Source: a virus (lineage: Duplodnaviria; Caudoviricetes). From it: DNA of 64,000 nucleotides. Below the pieces are notes generated by a model. The model saw only the letters and a program-made list of their open reading frames with translations. It did no database searches and was not told the DNA's origin. Position 1 is the stretch's first letter, and every line of letters starts with the position of its first letter. This document shows, piece by piece, positions 52,690-62,582 of the stretch. Location of the stretch: the IMG/VR virus record IMGVR_UViG_3300031784_000006, one strand, 5' to 3'. Both the position numbers and the translations under genes were made by a program.

Positions 52690-55187
52690 GAGAAAAATGA
52701 TTCAAGGTTTACTTTTTTTTCCACACTCCACCCAATAGCATCAAGGATAATTTTGAGTGGTTCTAGAAATGCTTTCTCAAATTGTAGGTCATAGTCTATG
52801 TATCTGTCAAGGTTAAGTTCCTTAGGAAACTCTTGGATGAAAGAGATAATATTCTCATGAATACTATTTGGTTTTTTCAAATAGATAAACTTTATCTTTT
52901 CGCCATTCTGAATGAGGGAGTATTTGTTTGTTAGTTTATTCTGTTTAATATAATGATTGAAGAGAAGTGCTCCACGAATATGAATAGGAGTCCCCTTGAT
53001 ATAGATATTCGAAGATGATTGGTACTTAACTACATCAGAAGCTGACCTTGGGAAAGAGATAGTTTCTGGAGCAAGTGTCTTAAATTCAAGGCGACATTTC
53101 TCAATAAAATCGATTACCTCATCTTCAGTCCCACTCATCATTAATTTAAGAGCATCTTTAATCATCTTGCGACAAGGAGCAGGAGTTGAAGATTTAACTG
53201 CTTCAATGCCCATCATCTTCAGTTTAGGTTCTTTATATCGAACCCCTTCACTATCCCAAACATTAAGAATATATCGTTTCTTGGCAGTCCAGATTCCACG
53301 GTCGGCAATATTCTCCCGTTTCATCTGCATCTTTTGGTCATATGCATTCACATATGTCGCCAGTTCTTGATAAGAACTTTCAATATACTTTTCAAGTTCC
53401 ATCGAAGCGACCTTATCAAGGAACGAAACAACGCTTTCAGTAGTTTTCTCTCTTCCTTTGTATACACTTTCAACCAAAGGGCCCATATTAAGATAAATGG
53501 AATCAGTGTCAGAAGCAATGACATAATCAACATCCTGGGTCTTAAGAATCTTATTGAGGTATGTATTCATTTTACCTTCAATCCATCGGATAGAAACTTG
53601 ACCACTCAAAGTGATTGCTTCAGCATTCTCAAGTTTGTAATAACGAAAATACTGATTACCAATAGCACCATAAGCAGAGTTTAGAGAAATTTTCTTAGCC
53701 ATCTGAATGTTATTACATCGAGCAATCTCTTTCACAAGTTCCTTGTTCTTGGTCTTCTCATATTCTTTTTTTGCTTCAATCATCTTCTTTTTGAAGATGA
53801 CACGATCCTGATACATTTTTTCCATCAGTTCTGGAAGAAATCCACGAACATCTTTGCGGAACATTGCGCCATTAGCACATACAGCATAATCACTATACAT
53901 TTCAAAACTAATGTCTTGATTTAGAATCTTATCTACAGTAACAGTTGGGTGCCTCTCTTCCATAAGAGTTTCTGGTGAAATATTATATTGCATAATCAAA
54001 TGTGGATATAGACTATTCAAGTCAAAGTTTACAACCCAGTCATACTTTCCTGGTTTTGGCTCTTTTACATACGCACCAGCATACTTTTCATTCTTCTGAG
54101 ACTTATTTCTTGGAGGAATAACAATGTTACGTTTCTTGAGATAATTGTAGATGATATTATCCCACATCCGAACTTGGTAAAACACATCAGCATAATTTAC
54201 TTTAGCATCATATGCCATCGTAAGTGCAAGTTCAATCAACTTCATCTTGTCTTCCAGACGGTCAACAAGTTCTACGTCAACGATGTTATACTCAATAAAC
54301 TTCTGCCACCCCTTCGTATAAAAGTCCTTAAATGTATCAAACTCAGAGTGGTCCAGTTTTTTCTGACCGAGTTCTACTTCAGCAATGTAATCGAGACGAT
54401 AAGATTCCTGGGCTTTATAAGTAAACTTTTTATAAAGATCGAGATAATCAAGTTGAGTTAATCCACCAACGTCAAATGTAGTGTGCTTACGTCCATTAAT
54501 AAACACTTCACCTTCAGTCACTAGTCCCCAGTTTGAAAATCTCTTCATGAGTTTCTCGCCAAGAACACGATTTAGTCTCTTACAAATATATGGAATATCA
54601 TACATTTGAATATTCCATCCAGTCACAACATCTGGAACGTCAATCATCCAATAGTTGATGAAATGATTAAGAAGTTCATGCTCACTGGGACAGTAGTGAT
54701 ACGTCACATTACTCTGTTTGTTATTGAATGGTTTAACTCCCCAAGTAACAATTTCTTTAGTCGTATAGTCCTGAATTGTAATTGCAAGGATTTCTTCCGA
54801 ACAAGATTCCACATCAGGGAATCCTTGTTCAGATGCAACCTCAATATCCAAAGTTACAAGTTTGATTTTACTAATATCAAACTTGATTTCATCTTCTGGA
54901 TATTTTTCCGAGATGTATTGATAGATATATCTATCATTTCCGTAAATTTCGAATCCATCAATTTCATCATACTTTTTGTAGAACTCACGACAATCCTTTA
55001 CTGTTCCAGGATTGATTGGTTCTACTGCTTCTCCGCTTAGTGTTCTATACTTAGAATCTTTTTTAGTTTTTACAAAGAGAGTTGGGAAAAACTCATCCCT
55101 AGTTTCAAATCTTTTGCCATTATCTACTCCACGAACCAAAAATTGATTCCCAATCAACTGAATATTAGTATAGAACTTTTGTGTCAT
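52686..55187 (-). CDS. gp43: family B DNA polymerase (T4 gp43)
   Basis: LDIEV exonuclease; FDLNSLYP; KISLNSAYG; SDTDS. Confidence 0.98.
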   Translation of the reverse strand: MTQKFYTNIQLIGNQFLVRGVDNGKRFETRDEFFPTLFVKTKKDSKYRTLSGEAVEPINPGTVKDCREFYKKYDEIDGFEIYGNDRYIYQYISEKYPEDEIKFDISKIKLVTLDIEVASEQGFPDVESCSEEILAITIQDYTTKEIVTWGVKPFNNKQSNVTYHYCPSEHELLNHFINYWMIDVPDVVTGWNIQMYDIPYICKRLNRVLGEKLMKRFSNWGLVTEGEVFINGRKHTTFDVGGLTQLDYLDLYKKFTYKAQESYRLDYIAEVELGQKKLDHSEFDTFKDFYTKGWQKFIEYNIVDVELVDRLEDKMKLIELALTMAYDAKVNYADVFYQVRMWDNIIYNYLKKRNIVIPPRNKSQKNEKYAGAYVKEPKPGKYDWVVNFDLNSLYPHLIMQYNISPETLMEERHPTVTVDKILNQDISFEMYSDYAVCANGAMFRKDVRGFLPELMEKMYQDRVIFKKKMIEAKKEYEKTKNKELVKEIARCNNIQMAKKISLNSAYGAIGNQYFRYYKLENAEAITLSGQVSIRWIEGKMNTYLNKILKTQDVDYVIASDTDSIYLNMGPLVESVYKGREKTTESVVSFLDKVASMELEKYIESSYQELATYVNAYDQKMQMKRENIADRGIWTAKKRYILNVWDSEGVRYKEPKLKMMGIEAVKSSTPAPCRKMIKDALKLMMSGTEDEVIDFIEKCRLEFKTLAPETISFPRSASDVVKYQSSSNIYIKGTPIHIRGALLFNHYIKQNKLTNKYSLIQNGEKIKFIYLKKPNSIHENIISFIQEFPKELNLDRYIDYDLQFEKAFLEPLKIILDAIGWSVEKKVNLESFFS

Positions 55188-55447
55188 TCTTTAATCAAAT
55201 CCTCGTATTTTTCAAGTAGAGTTGGAGTTGGGTCAGCAAGTGTAATAATTTTATCCGAACTAATCATAAAATTCTTTTCCTTTGTGTACCCACAAAGAAA
55301 AGGTTCCATAGTATAATCACTCCTAATAACAAATGGACTGACTAATTTACAATCAGGTTCTCCAATATCGGCACCAACTTCTTTAATTTCACTTATTAAA
55401 ATTAAGTTGTTCAATAATGCAATAATTTTTACTAGGGGTTTTTCCAT
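55184..55447 (-). CDS. conserved hypothetical protein upstream of gp43
   Basis: ORF track; typical position. Confidence 0.7.
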   Translation of the reverse strand: MEKPLVKIIALLNNLILISEIKEVGADIGEPDCKLVSPFVIRSDYTMEPFLCGYTKEKNFMISSDKIITLADPTPTLLEKYEDLIKE

Positions 55448-55544
55448 CTTACATCACAAGTTTCCCTTATTCTACCAACAAAAAAAGGAGGAGTCAACCT
55501 GGATTTTGCCAGGTGCTCCTCGCGCCGACGATATTCAGTTGTAT

Positions 55545-55985
55545 TTATAGATAATCTTTACGAGTATGGTGTTCTGGAACGATCTTGCCAAGTTTTACTG
55601 TAAGTAGTCCATCCTCAAATAAGACTTCTCGTACTTCCGTATCGTCTGATAGTGTCCATGCTCTCTTGAAACTTCTTTGAGCCAGTCCCTTATGGACGTA
55701 ATTGGTATCAGACTCTTTATCTTCTTTTTGTCCTTCGATAAAAAGTTTTCCATACTCTGTGTATACATGTACTTCCTCATTTTTAAATCCAGCGAGTGCA
55801 AGTTCAAGTCGAGATTCTACATTACTAATATGAATCAAATTATATGGTGGGTAATTAGAAGTAGTTTCATGAATGTTAAAAATTCGGTCAAAGTATTCAT
55901 CCATTCCAATACTATTGCGAGCAATCCTATCCATCAGACCAGGAAGATCCGCAGAGGTAAACCTAGAAGTTGCAAGGTTAGTCAT
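55545..55985 (-). CDS. hsp20: small heat-shock protein
   Basis: YPPYNL; ELALAGF; HKGLAQRSF; DGLL.V. Confidence 0.93.
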   Translation of the reverse strand: MTNLATSRFTSADLPGLMDRIARNSIGMDEYFDRIFNIHETTSNYPPYNLIHISNVESRLELALAGFKNEEVHVYTEYGKLFIEGQKEDKESDTNYVHKGLAQRSFKRAWTLSDDTEVREVLFEDGLLTVKLGKIVPEHHTRKDYL

Positions 55986-56144
55986 TATGGTAGCTCCTTT
56001 AAAAGCGAGTTTGTGTTGTGTGGACCCTTTTGGCATCCATTATTAATTATACAAGATACGAAAAAAAGAGGAACGGTAATAACCGAACCTCTTTTTAGGG
56101 TGTTCCGACTTTTGTAGAGTGCCGCACGAATGGCACACCACTAT

Positions 56145-56582
56145 TTATTCGGTTTCTACTGCTTTTCCTTTCTTACCAATGTTATACTTTTGCTCCAGAA
56201 TCCAATCTCCTTTGTCCTTATATGCAAGAACTTTAATTTGATTTAGTGGTGCAATATCAAGTACAGAGTCTGGATTAACAACAGTAATTAGACCCCAATC
56301 AGTTAAAAGACGAACAATACGATTGCGTCTCTGAACGTCATTTACTGTAAGATTTGCATGTTTACCATCAAGAGCAAACAATTCTTTAAAGTGAACGATG
56401 AAATATCTACCTTGCTTATGTAGAATATGGCAAGATTGATAGAGTTTTTTCTCCTTACGTGAAGCAACTCCGATACGGGTCAGGGTTTCACGAACTTTAA
56501 GGAAGTCGTCAGGTTCATTAAGAATTACTTCTACCATTTGGTCTTGAGACCATTCAACAGTAGGTTCTACCGTAGTAGTCAT
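56145..56582 (-). CDS. regA: translational repressor RegA
   Basis: DDFLKVRETLTRIG; CHILHKQGRY; VHFKE. Confidence 0.96.
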   Translation of the reverse strand: MTTTVEPTVEWSQDQMVEVILNEPDDFLKVRETLTRIGVASRKEKKLYQSCHILHKQGRYFIVHFKELFALDGKHANLTVNDVQRRNRIVRLLTDWGLITVVNPDSVLDIAPLNQIKVLAYKDKGDWILEQKYNIGKKGKAVETE

Positions 56583-56965
56583 TTTTTTCCTCCAATATCA
56601 AGTCGTTTTTTGATGAAAGTTAGTTGTTCTTTTGTCAGGATTTTCAGTGCTTGGGATGCTTTTTCATTACTATAACCATAGTATTGTTTTATACATTCTA
56701 AGTCTGTAACCTTATCCTTTCGGAGCCAGGGAGAAAATCTCTTCTTTTTCCTCAAACTATTTAGATAAAATGAATATTGCATACGTTTATCGAGATGGTG
56801 ATTCATATTCATTTCATTAGCAAAAAGAATCGTGTCAATCTGACCCGATAAACATTTATTGATAATGTAAGGTGCATATTCTTTTATGCTTGTCTCATCA
56901 TCTTTCATCAAATCTTCTTTTGTGAAGTTGATAGAATTCAACCAATCTTTAAGTTCGTAAGTCAT
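56579..56965 (-). CDS. gp62: clamp loader small subunit (T4 gp62)
   Basis: Y.PYIIN..LS; KKKRFSPW; YYGYSNEKA. Confidence 0.93.
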   Translation of the reverse strand: MTYELKDWLNSINFTKEDLMKDDETSIKEYAPYIINKCLSGQIDTILFANEMNMNHHLDKRMQYSFYLNSLRKKKRFSPWLRKDKVTDLECIKQYYGYSNEKASQALKILTKEQLTFIKKRLDIGGKK

Positions 56966-58077
56966 CGTATAATCTGAATATCGTCATCATCGGTCCAAAG
57001 TTCAACTTTTGTTCGGAACCTATTTTCTTCTTTTAGTTTTTCATATCTCTTCGACGCTTTTTTCTTCCACCAAGAAATAATGTTTTCTAGATAAAATTTA
57101 TCCCAGTTTGAACCACGAAGAAGTTGGGTATGTTCGCCAAGTATCACTTCACGAACATTTGAATATCCATAATCAGAAATATAAAATCTCTTCTTTTGAG
57201 TGAGATTAAATGCAACATCAATTACACGATTAAACTCATCAAGTTTTTTCTTATCTTGAAGAGAATTTTTTATGATCGAAATCATTTTTGTCTGACGCTT
57301 CATCTTTTTAGATGATGCCTTATTATCAGTCAAAGGTGTATTGTTATTGAGATAGGTAAATCTATCGTGAAGTTTATGAAACACATCATCATGAAGAAGA
57401 GGTAAGAACTTACTCTCAGTCAAACCTTTATATCGCATGAATGGTTTTAGACCATCATACTGAGATGCATCTGTAGTTGAACCATACAGAGAAGTTGTTT
57501 CAAAGAGAGCAATATCTTTTTCAAACACTTTGTTTAGTGTTTCTCTTGCGTAGTGAGAGCAGCAAAGTAGAGCAAGGAGTTTTCCACCAAGGTAATTGTA
57601 TCCAAAAGGTTGAGAAGGAACAATTACAAATCCCATAGCAGCATGACGATTGAAAATAGAAAGGTCTGGAGTTTTTCCCAACCATTCATTTCTTGGTTTA
57701 GAATTAATAGTTGGAGAACCAAAACGAATAAATCCAACTACCTTTCCAGTATTCTTTTCATACACCATCCACCGCAATTCTCTACCAGGAATATTCGATT
57801 CATTATTGTGGGAGGATACAACCTTCAAAAGAGTGTTGTAGTGTTCTTGTGGTAATGATTGCTGAAAACGGTCGCCAATAAACTTAATATCAAACTCCAT
57901 ATCTTCCGGATGAATATCTTCATTCAGAAATTCATCATGAAGTGGCGCAAGTGTATTAGAACTCTTAATAACTTCTTTCTTCACAAAACGCAAATAATCC
58001 TCAATATTTCCCATTTGAGAGAAATAATTGATAAATTCACCAGCAGCCCATTGAGCGTCTTGTTCGGAAATAATCAT
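56962..58077 (-). CDS. DUF4338/DruA-like protein
   Basis: VPSQPFGYNYLGGKLLAL; ETTSLYG; recalled family resemblance. Confidence 0.6.
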   Translation of the reverse strand: MIISEQDAQWAAGEFINYFSQMGNIEDYLRFVKKEVIKSSNTLAPLHDEFLNEDIHPEDMEFDIKFIGDRFQQSLPQEHYNTLLKVVSSHNNESNIPGRELRWMVYEKNTGKVVGFIRFGSPTINSKPRNEWLGKTPDLSIFNRHAAMGFVIVPSQPFGYNYLGGKLLALLCCSHYARETLNKVFEKDIALFETTSLYGSTTDASQYDGLKPFMRYKGLTESKFLPLLHDDVFHKLHDRFTYLNNNTPLTDNKASSKKMKRQTKMISIIKNSLQDKKKLDEFNRVIDVAFNLTQKKRFYISDYGYSNVREVILGEHTQLLRGSNWDKFYLENIISWWKKKASKRYEKLKEENRFRTKVELWTDDDDIQIIR

Positions 58078-59030
58078 TTAAATTCACACTCACACATAAT
58101 TTCAGTAAGAGCAGCAAGAAGATTTACTTCCTGGTCAGCCACAAACGCACATTGGTATTGGTACTTAGCAACAACAAGAACGGCAGCAGGGATAGATGAG
58201 GGTGAAAGACAATCAAAAGCGGCGTCATAAACCCTGCGAAGTAGACTAGAAGCATCGTTATCCAAGTTGGAGACCACCCACTTTCGGACTTCAGTAAAGT
58301 TTTTATCTTTGAGGTTTTTGATGAGTTCATTTACAGAAACGTCTGAGAAAGATGCAAGAATGCCCGAGTCGATTTTTCCTCCTGTAGAATACCTCTGGCA
58401 TTCGTTGAGGACCCTACGAAAATCTGGGAAGTGTTTTGATACAAGTTCCGCAACGACTTTTTGATCGTACTCAATCTTTTCCGCATCCAAGATTGATTGA
58501 AGTCGTTGAAAGAAACTACCTGCGAGTTGTACACGCTGTTTCCCTTTGATGGTGAAGTCGATGACAGCACATCGGGAGTGAAGAGGTTCAATAATCTTGT
58601 TCTTGTAGTTGCAGGTGAAGATGAATCGGCAGTTGTTATAAAATGCCTCAATATTCGCCCGTAGTAGGAGTTGAACATCATTTCCCGTGTTGTCAGCTTC
58701 GTCAATAATGATGACCTTGTGTTTAGAAGATCCCGTAAGTGAGACGGTCGAAGCGAAGTTCTTTGCTTGGTTCCGCACAGTATCCAAGAAACGTCCTTCG
58801 TCGGATCCATTGATGACATAATAATCTGCCCCCAACTCATTGCATAATGCTTTTGCGATTGTAGTTTTACCGATACCAGGAGGTCCAGCAAGAAGGAGAT
58901 TAGGAATCTCCCCCTTCGCTACAAACTCCTTAAAGGTTTTTTTAGTATCATCAGGAAGAATACAGTCATCAATTACTTGAGGACGATATCGTTCCACGAA
59001 GAGGAAATCACTGCTCATAATTAAATCCAT
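58074..59030 (-). CDS. gp44: clamp loader large subunit (T4 gp44)
   Basis: ERYRP; GPPGIGKTT; IIDEAD; LHSRC. Confidence 0.96.
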   Translation of the reverse strand: MDLIMSSDFLFVERYRPQVIDDCILPDDTKKTFKEFVAKGEIPNLLLAGPPGIGKTTIAKALCNELGADYYVINGSDEGRFLDTVRNQAKNFASTVSLTGSSKHKVIIIDEADNTGNDVQLLLRANIEAFYNNCRFIFTCNYKNKIIEPLHSRCAVIDFTIKGKQRVQLAGSFFQRLQSILDAEKIEYDQKVVAELVSKHFPDFRRVLNECQRYSTGGKIDSGILASFSDVSVNELIKNLKDKNFTEVRKWVVSNLDNDASSLLRRVYDAAFDCLSPSSIPAAVLVVAKYQYQCAFVADQEVNLLAALTEIMCECEFK

Positions 59031-59536
59031 TCAGGTTTTCGTTGAGGCATACGAAGATAATTATCAGCAACCCAAGGTTTGGATGCGATGTATTTTTTGT
59101 ATGCTTCAAATGTATCAATAGTGTCGTCAAACTTCCATTCCTCGGGCATAGCACGAGCAAATGGACTTACTTCTGTAATCTTACCCTTGGGGAACAAGTA
59201 GTATGCATCTACAAGGGTTTTATAGCAGGAGTGAGTTTTATTATACCTCAGGCAGTATTCATCAGACAAGTTCAATCCCCACTTAATTAACCAGTAGGCA
59301 TTATGGATACTCTCCATTGCCCACTTGGTGCAGGGATGATTGCGGAATGCTCCTTTCTCGGTCTTGTAGGGGGTCCCATCTGCCTTAGGGAGAGTGCCAT
59401 ATCCATGCCCCCACTTGTCAGAAGCAACGATAGAGAGCATCTGACAGCACTCTAGGGGCATTTTGACAATATGTTTGTCGGGGAGGCAAATGGCACTCTC
59501 AGCAGGCCAAGGAGAAGTAACAAAGATGTTCATCAA
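59021..59536 (-). CDS. pyrimidine-dimer DNA glycosylase-like protein
   Basis: MNIF...DKHIVKMPLECCQMLS; HPCTKW; FARAMP. Confidence 0.7.
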   Translation of the reverse strand: MMNIFVTSPWPAESAICLPDKHIVKMPLECCQMLSIVASDKWGHGYGTLPKADGTPYKTEKGAFRNHPCTKWAMESIHNAYWLIKWGLNLSDEYCLRYNKTHSCYKTLVDAYYLFPKGKITEVSPFARAMPEEWKFDDTIDTFEAYKKYIASKPWVADNYLRMPQRKPEWI

Positions 59537-60201
59537 CCAAATGTAGAATCAGGCTCCAGAGCAATATGATAAGTCACATCAAACCCAGTATTCTTGAATC
59601 GTGACAAAAGTTTACTGGAGATTACGACCTCATAGTTTCCAGGAATAATCTTGATGTTCTCTACCTTGAAGTTAAAAGTGAATACTTCATCGGTTTCACC
59701 GACAACCACAGAGAAATCGTTAGAGGTATCGTTCTTCTTATCACGAACTACCAGTTTCACCACACCTGCTTCACCAACCACAGACAGGTCAGGAAGTTGA
59801 TACACAGCAGCAGCCTTAAGGAGTTTGTCAAGTTCTTTGGTATCAAGAAGGAAACAAACATCTTCACTAGGCAAAACAATATCTTTGTCTGGAGGAGTGA
59901 TGATTACATTGGGATCAGCAAAGAAATACTTAGAGCGAGACTTACCTTCTTTGATTACAACATAACCATCATTCTGAAAATCTAGTTCAGCATTTTGGTG
60001 AAGATTGAGTCCATTAAGAAACTGGTTTAGATCATAGATACCAAAATCCTTAGGCAGTTCTTCTTCAATTGTTGCCTCTGCAAGAATGTTCTTCATTACA
60101 GAAATAGTGCGAAGACTGCTCCCTTCCTTAAACAGAATGGATTGATTAATGGAAGAAAAGTTCTTCAGCAGAGTCAGAGTTTTATCAGAGAGTTTCATCA
60201 C
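59533..60201 (-). CDS. gp45: sliding clamp (T4 gp45)
   Basis: LKNFSSINQSI; FGIYDLNQFL; IALEPDS. Confidence 0.95.
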   Translation of the reverse strand: MMKLSDKTLTLLKNFSSINQSILFKEGSSLRTISVMKNILAEATIEEELPKDFGIYDLNQFLNGLNLHQNAELDFQNDGYVVIKEGKSRSKYFFADPNVIITPPDKDIVLPSEDVCFLLDTKELDKLLKAAAVYQLPDLSVVGEAGVVKLVVRDKKNDTSNDFSVVVGETDEVFTFNFKVENIKIIPGNYEVVISSKLLSRFKNTGFDVTYHIALEPDSTFG

Positions 60202-60686
60202 TTATTTTCAACAAGGTTAAGGTGGTTAATCAAAAGAATAGTATAGTGCAGAACCTTGAATAGATCAGCACGAGGAGTACCTTTAGTATCATAACGATCT
60301 GTGTACTTGGTAATATTACCAGCACAGAAACCTTCACGACGATTGTGCTTAATCTTGTCTAGTGTTTGCTCAGTTCCACCACCAGTCCTATCTACATAAT
60401 GCTGACTATAAGTGCCAGCAATATACTCCTCAAGTTGCTTTAGGATTTTGTCTTCATTGTATTTCCAAAATCCATTTTTGTTTGTATCTTCAGTCATAGG
60501 CGAATTAAAAGTAATCGTATCAGAGGCAGCATAAGGATTTCCAGTTAAACTAATTCCATCCTCATACAAATAATCTTGAGATGGTTGAATAGTACCAAAA
60601 TTAATGATGTCAGTTCCACATCCACCAGAAATCATATTATCTCCAAGAATAAAATCTTTATAAGTGCTCTCAAAGTTTTCAGACAT
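60198..60686 (-). CDS. conserved hypothetical protein (DUF3310-like C-terminus)
   Basis: YSQHY...GFCAGNITKY..RY..K....DL.K..HY. Confidence 0.65.
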   Translation of the reverse strand: MSENFESTYKDFILGDNMISGGCGTDIINFGTIQPSQDYLYEDGISLTGNPYAASDTITFNSPMTEDTNKNGFWKYNEDKILKQLEEYIAGTYSQHYVDRTGGGTEQTLDKIKHNRREGFCAGNITKYTDRYDTKGTPRADLFKVLHYTILLINHLNLVENK

Positions 60687-60741
60687 TGTGTTTCATAGTA
60701 AAGGATAAAAAGAGGAGGCACATTGACCTCCAAATATTCTA

Positions 60742-61860
60742 TCAGTTTGCTTGTTGTTCGTCAACAGGCATCTGAAAGTCAGCATCCACTTTATCATACA
60801 GTTCCAGGAAAGCCTGTTTGGTTTCGTCATCAAAGCGATTCACACACACTTGGATTGCCTTTGCCTTATCTTGGAAGATGCTGTAAGCACGGATGATGTG
60901 GACTAGACGACGGGTGCTGATGATTTCCTCAATACCACCGTCATAGAAGGTCTTGCGGATGATATCCGCCCAATCCACCATGCGCTTGCAGAAGTCACGG
61001 TCTTCCACACCAAGGTCCAGAGCGATGCCTTCCAGAATCTTTTGCTCAGTAGCAGGAGCAGGATATGACTGCTCAAAGGTAACGGGGAAACGCTCAAGGA
61101 ATGCCTCGTTGAGAACGTTGGTGCCAATGAAACGGCCGTCATCAGAACCCTTACCCTTGGTATTGGCAGTAGCAATCACATTGAAACCAGTAGCAGGTTT
61201 TACCCAGCGACCAATCTTTTTCAGGAAGACACCTTTTCCTTCAAGAATGGATTGGAGGCACAGAATTTTGTTGCTAGCGAGGTCGATTTCGTCAAGAAGT
61301 AGGATTGCTCCTCGCTCCAGTGCCTCAATGACGGGACCGTTGTGCCAAGCAGTATTCCCATCAACAAGGCGGAAACCACCAATCAAGTCGTCTTCATCAG
61401 TCTCAATCGTAATGTTTACACGAATCAGTTCACGCTTCAGTTGAGCACAAGCTTGCTCCACACTGAACGTTTTACCATTACCCGAAAGACCCGTAATGAA
61501 CGTTGGATAAAAAAGACGGGACTGAATAATTTTTTTAATATCGTTAAAGTTACCAAACTTGACGAAGGTATCATCTTTATCAGGAATGAGGTTTTGTTCG
61601 ATAGGAGGAACCACAGAGGGTGCTTGGAAAGTACGTTCGATTTCTTCTACTTTTTGTTGAGTCACTTCAAGATTCCATTTGCCACGACCAACTTTGAATT
61701 GATCAAGTTTCTTAGTTACGGTTTGATAGTTAGCATCGTTCAGATTACACCAGGCACGAATATCAGCACCAGTTACGGTGTTTCCATAGAGGTTTTGAAG
61801 AGAAGTGCGGATGTAGTCGGAGGAGAGTGCCATTCGTTTGCTTTGTTTCAACCTAGTCAT
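60742..61860 (-). CDS. cobS: MoxR/CobS-like AAA+ ATPase
   Basis: GLSGNGKT; LLDEID; ATANTKG; LERF. Confidence 0.9.
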   Translation of the reverse strand: MTRLKQSKRMALSSDYIRTSLQNLYGNTVTGADIRAWCNLNDANYQTVTKKLDQFKVGRGKWNLEVTQQKVEEIERTFQAPSVVPPIEQNLIPDKDDTFVKFGNFNDIKKIIQSRLFYPTFITGLSGNGKTFSVEQACAQLKRELIRVNITIETDEDDLIGGFRLVDGNTAWHNGPVIEALERGAILLLDEIDLASNKILCLQSILEGKGVFLKKIGRWVKPATGFNVIATANTKGKGSDDGRFIGTNVLNEAFLERFPVTFEQSYPAPATEQKILEGIALDLGVEDRDFCKRMVDWADIIRKTFYDGGIEEIISTRRLVHIIRAYSIFQDKAKAIQVCVNRFDDETKQAFLELYDKVDADFQMPVDEQQAN

Positions 61861-61897
61861 TATAAACCAAAAAAGGGTCCGCTTGGGACCCCGGTGG

Positions 61898-62122
61898 TCA
61901 GTTTGCCAACTGGTTCTTGAGTTCTTTTAGGTACTCCTCACTGGCAATATGTCCGGTATAACCTGGGTAATATTTTTTTACAAGTGCAGGAATGCCCATA
62001 GCAGTTGTACTACTATTACACTTAATCCATATTTCTTTAGTGTCGTATTTTACTACGTGTTCAAATGGAAATTTAGTCTTCATAAGTAAATGTTTTGTTT
62101 TTAACTTTTGTATCGAATTCAC
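61898..62122 (-). CDS. hypothetical protein
   Basis: ORF track. Confidence 0.5.
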   Translation of the reverse strand: MNSIQKLKTKHLLMKTKFPFEHVVKYDTKEIWIKCNSSTTAMGIPALVKKYYPGYTGHIASEEYLKELKNQLAN

Positions 62123-62582
62123 CAGTTCTACCTGGTTTCATTTTACCAACTTTAACACGCTTACCTTCTCCAGGCCAAGACTTATTAGTTCCAACAAGTT
62201 GAGCACCACCTTTTGGTTTCTTTTGAATTAAAACAGAATCTTGATTATATTTCTTACCAAGTTTAGTGATTGCTTTCTTAAAAGTTCTTTTACCCTTTTT
62301 ACCAGAAGAAATTACGTGTGATTTCTCACCAACTTTCTTCTCTTGAGGAGTTCCTGGGTTTTCGGTATATCTTCCAGAAACTTTAGTAGGTCCCGGAAGA
62401 CCAGCACCTCTAATGTCTTTCTCTAGTTGCTTAGAACGAGACTTATTTTCCGTCTTTGACTTATCACCTCTTTGGGCAGACATAATTGCCATGCCACCTT
62501 TTTGTGATTTTGAGCGAACTCTATTCAAAGAGGTTTCTTGAATAGAGCAGCACTCTACCATAAATTCTTGGAATGTCTTCAT
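62073..62582 (-). CDS. hypothetical protein (MKTFQEF family)
   Basis: ORF track; KYNQDSVL motif. Confidence 0.7.
   Translation of the reverse strand: MKTFQEFMVECCSIQETSLNRVRSKSQKGGMAIMSAQRGDKSKTENKSRSKQLEKDIRGAGLPGPTKVSGRYTENPGTPQEKKVGEKSHVISSGKKGKRTFKKAITKLGKKYNQDSVLIQKKPKGGAQLVGTNKSWPGEGKRVKVGKMKPGRTGEFDTKVKNKTFTYED

Noticed and set aside
38179-55187. Inteins or introns in nrdA, gp41, uvsX, gp43
   Set aside because: Lengths are normal and no splicing motifs are visible.
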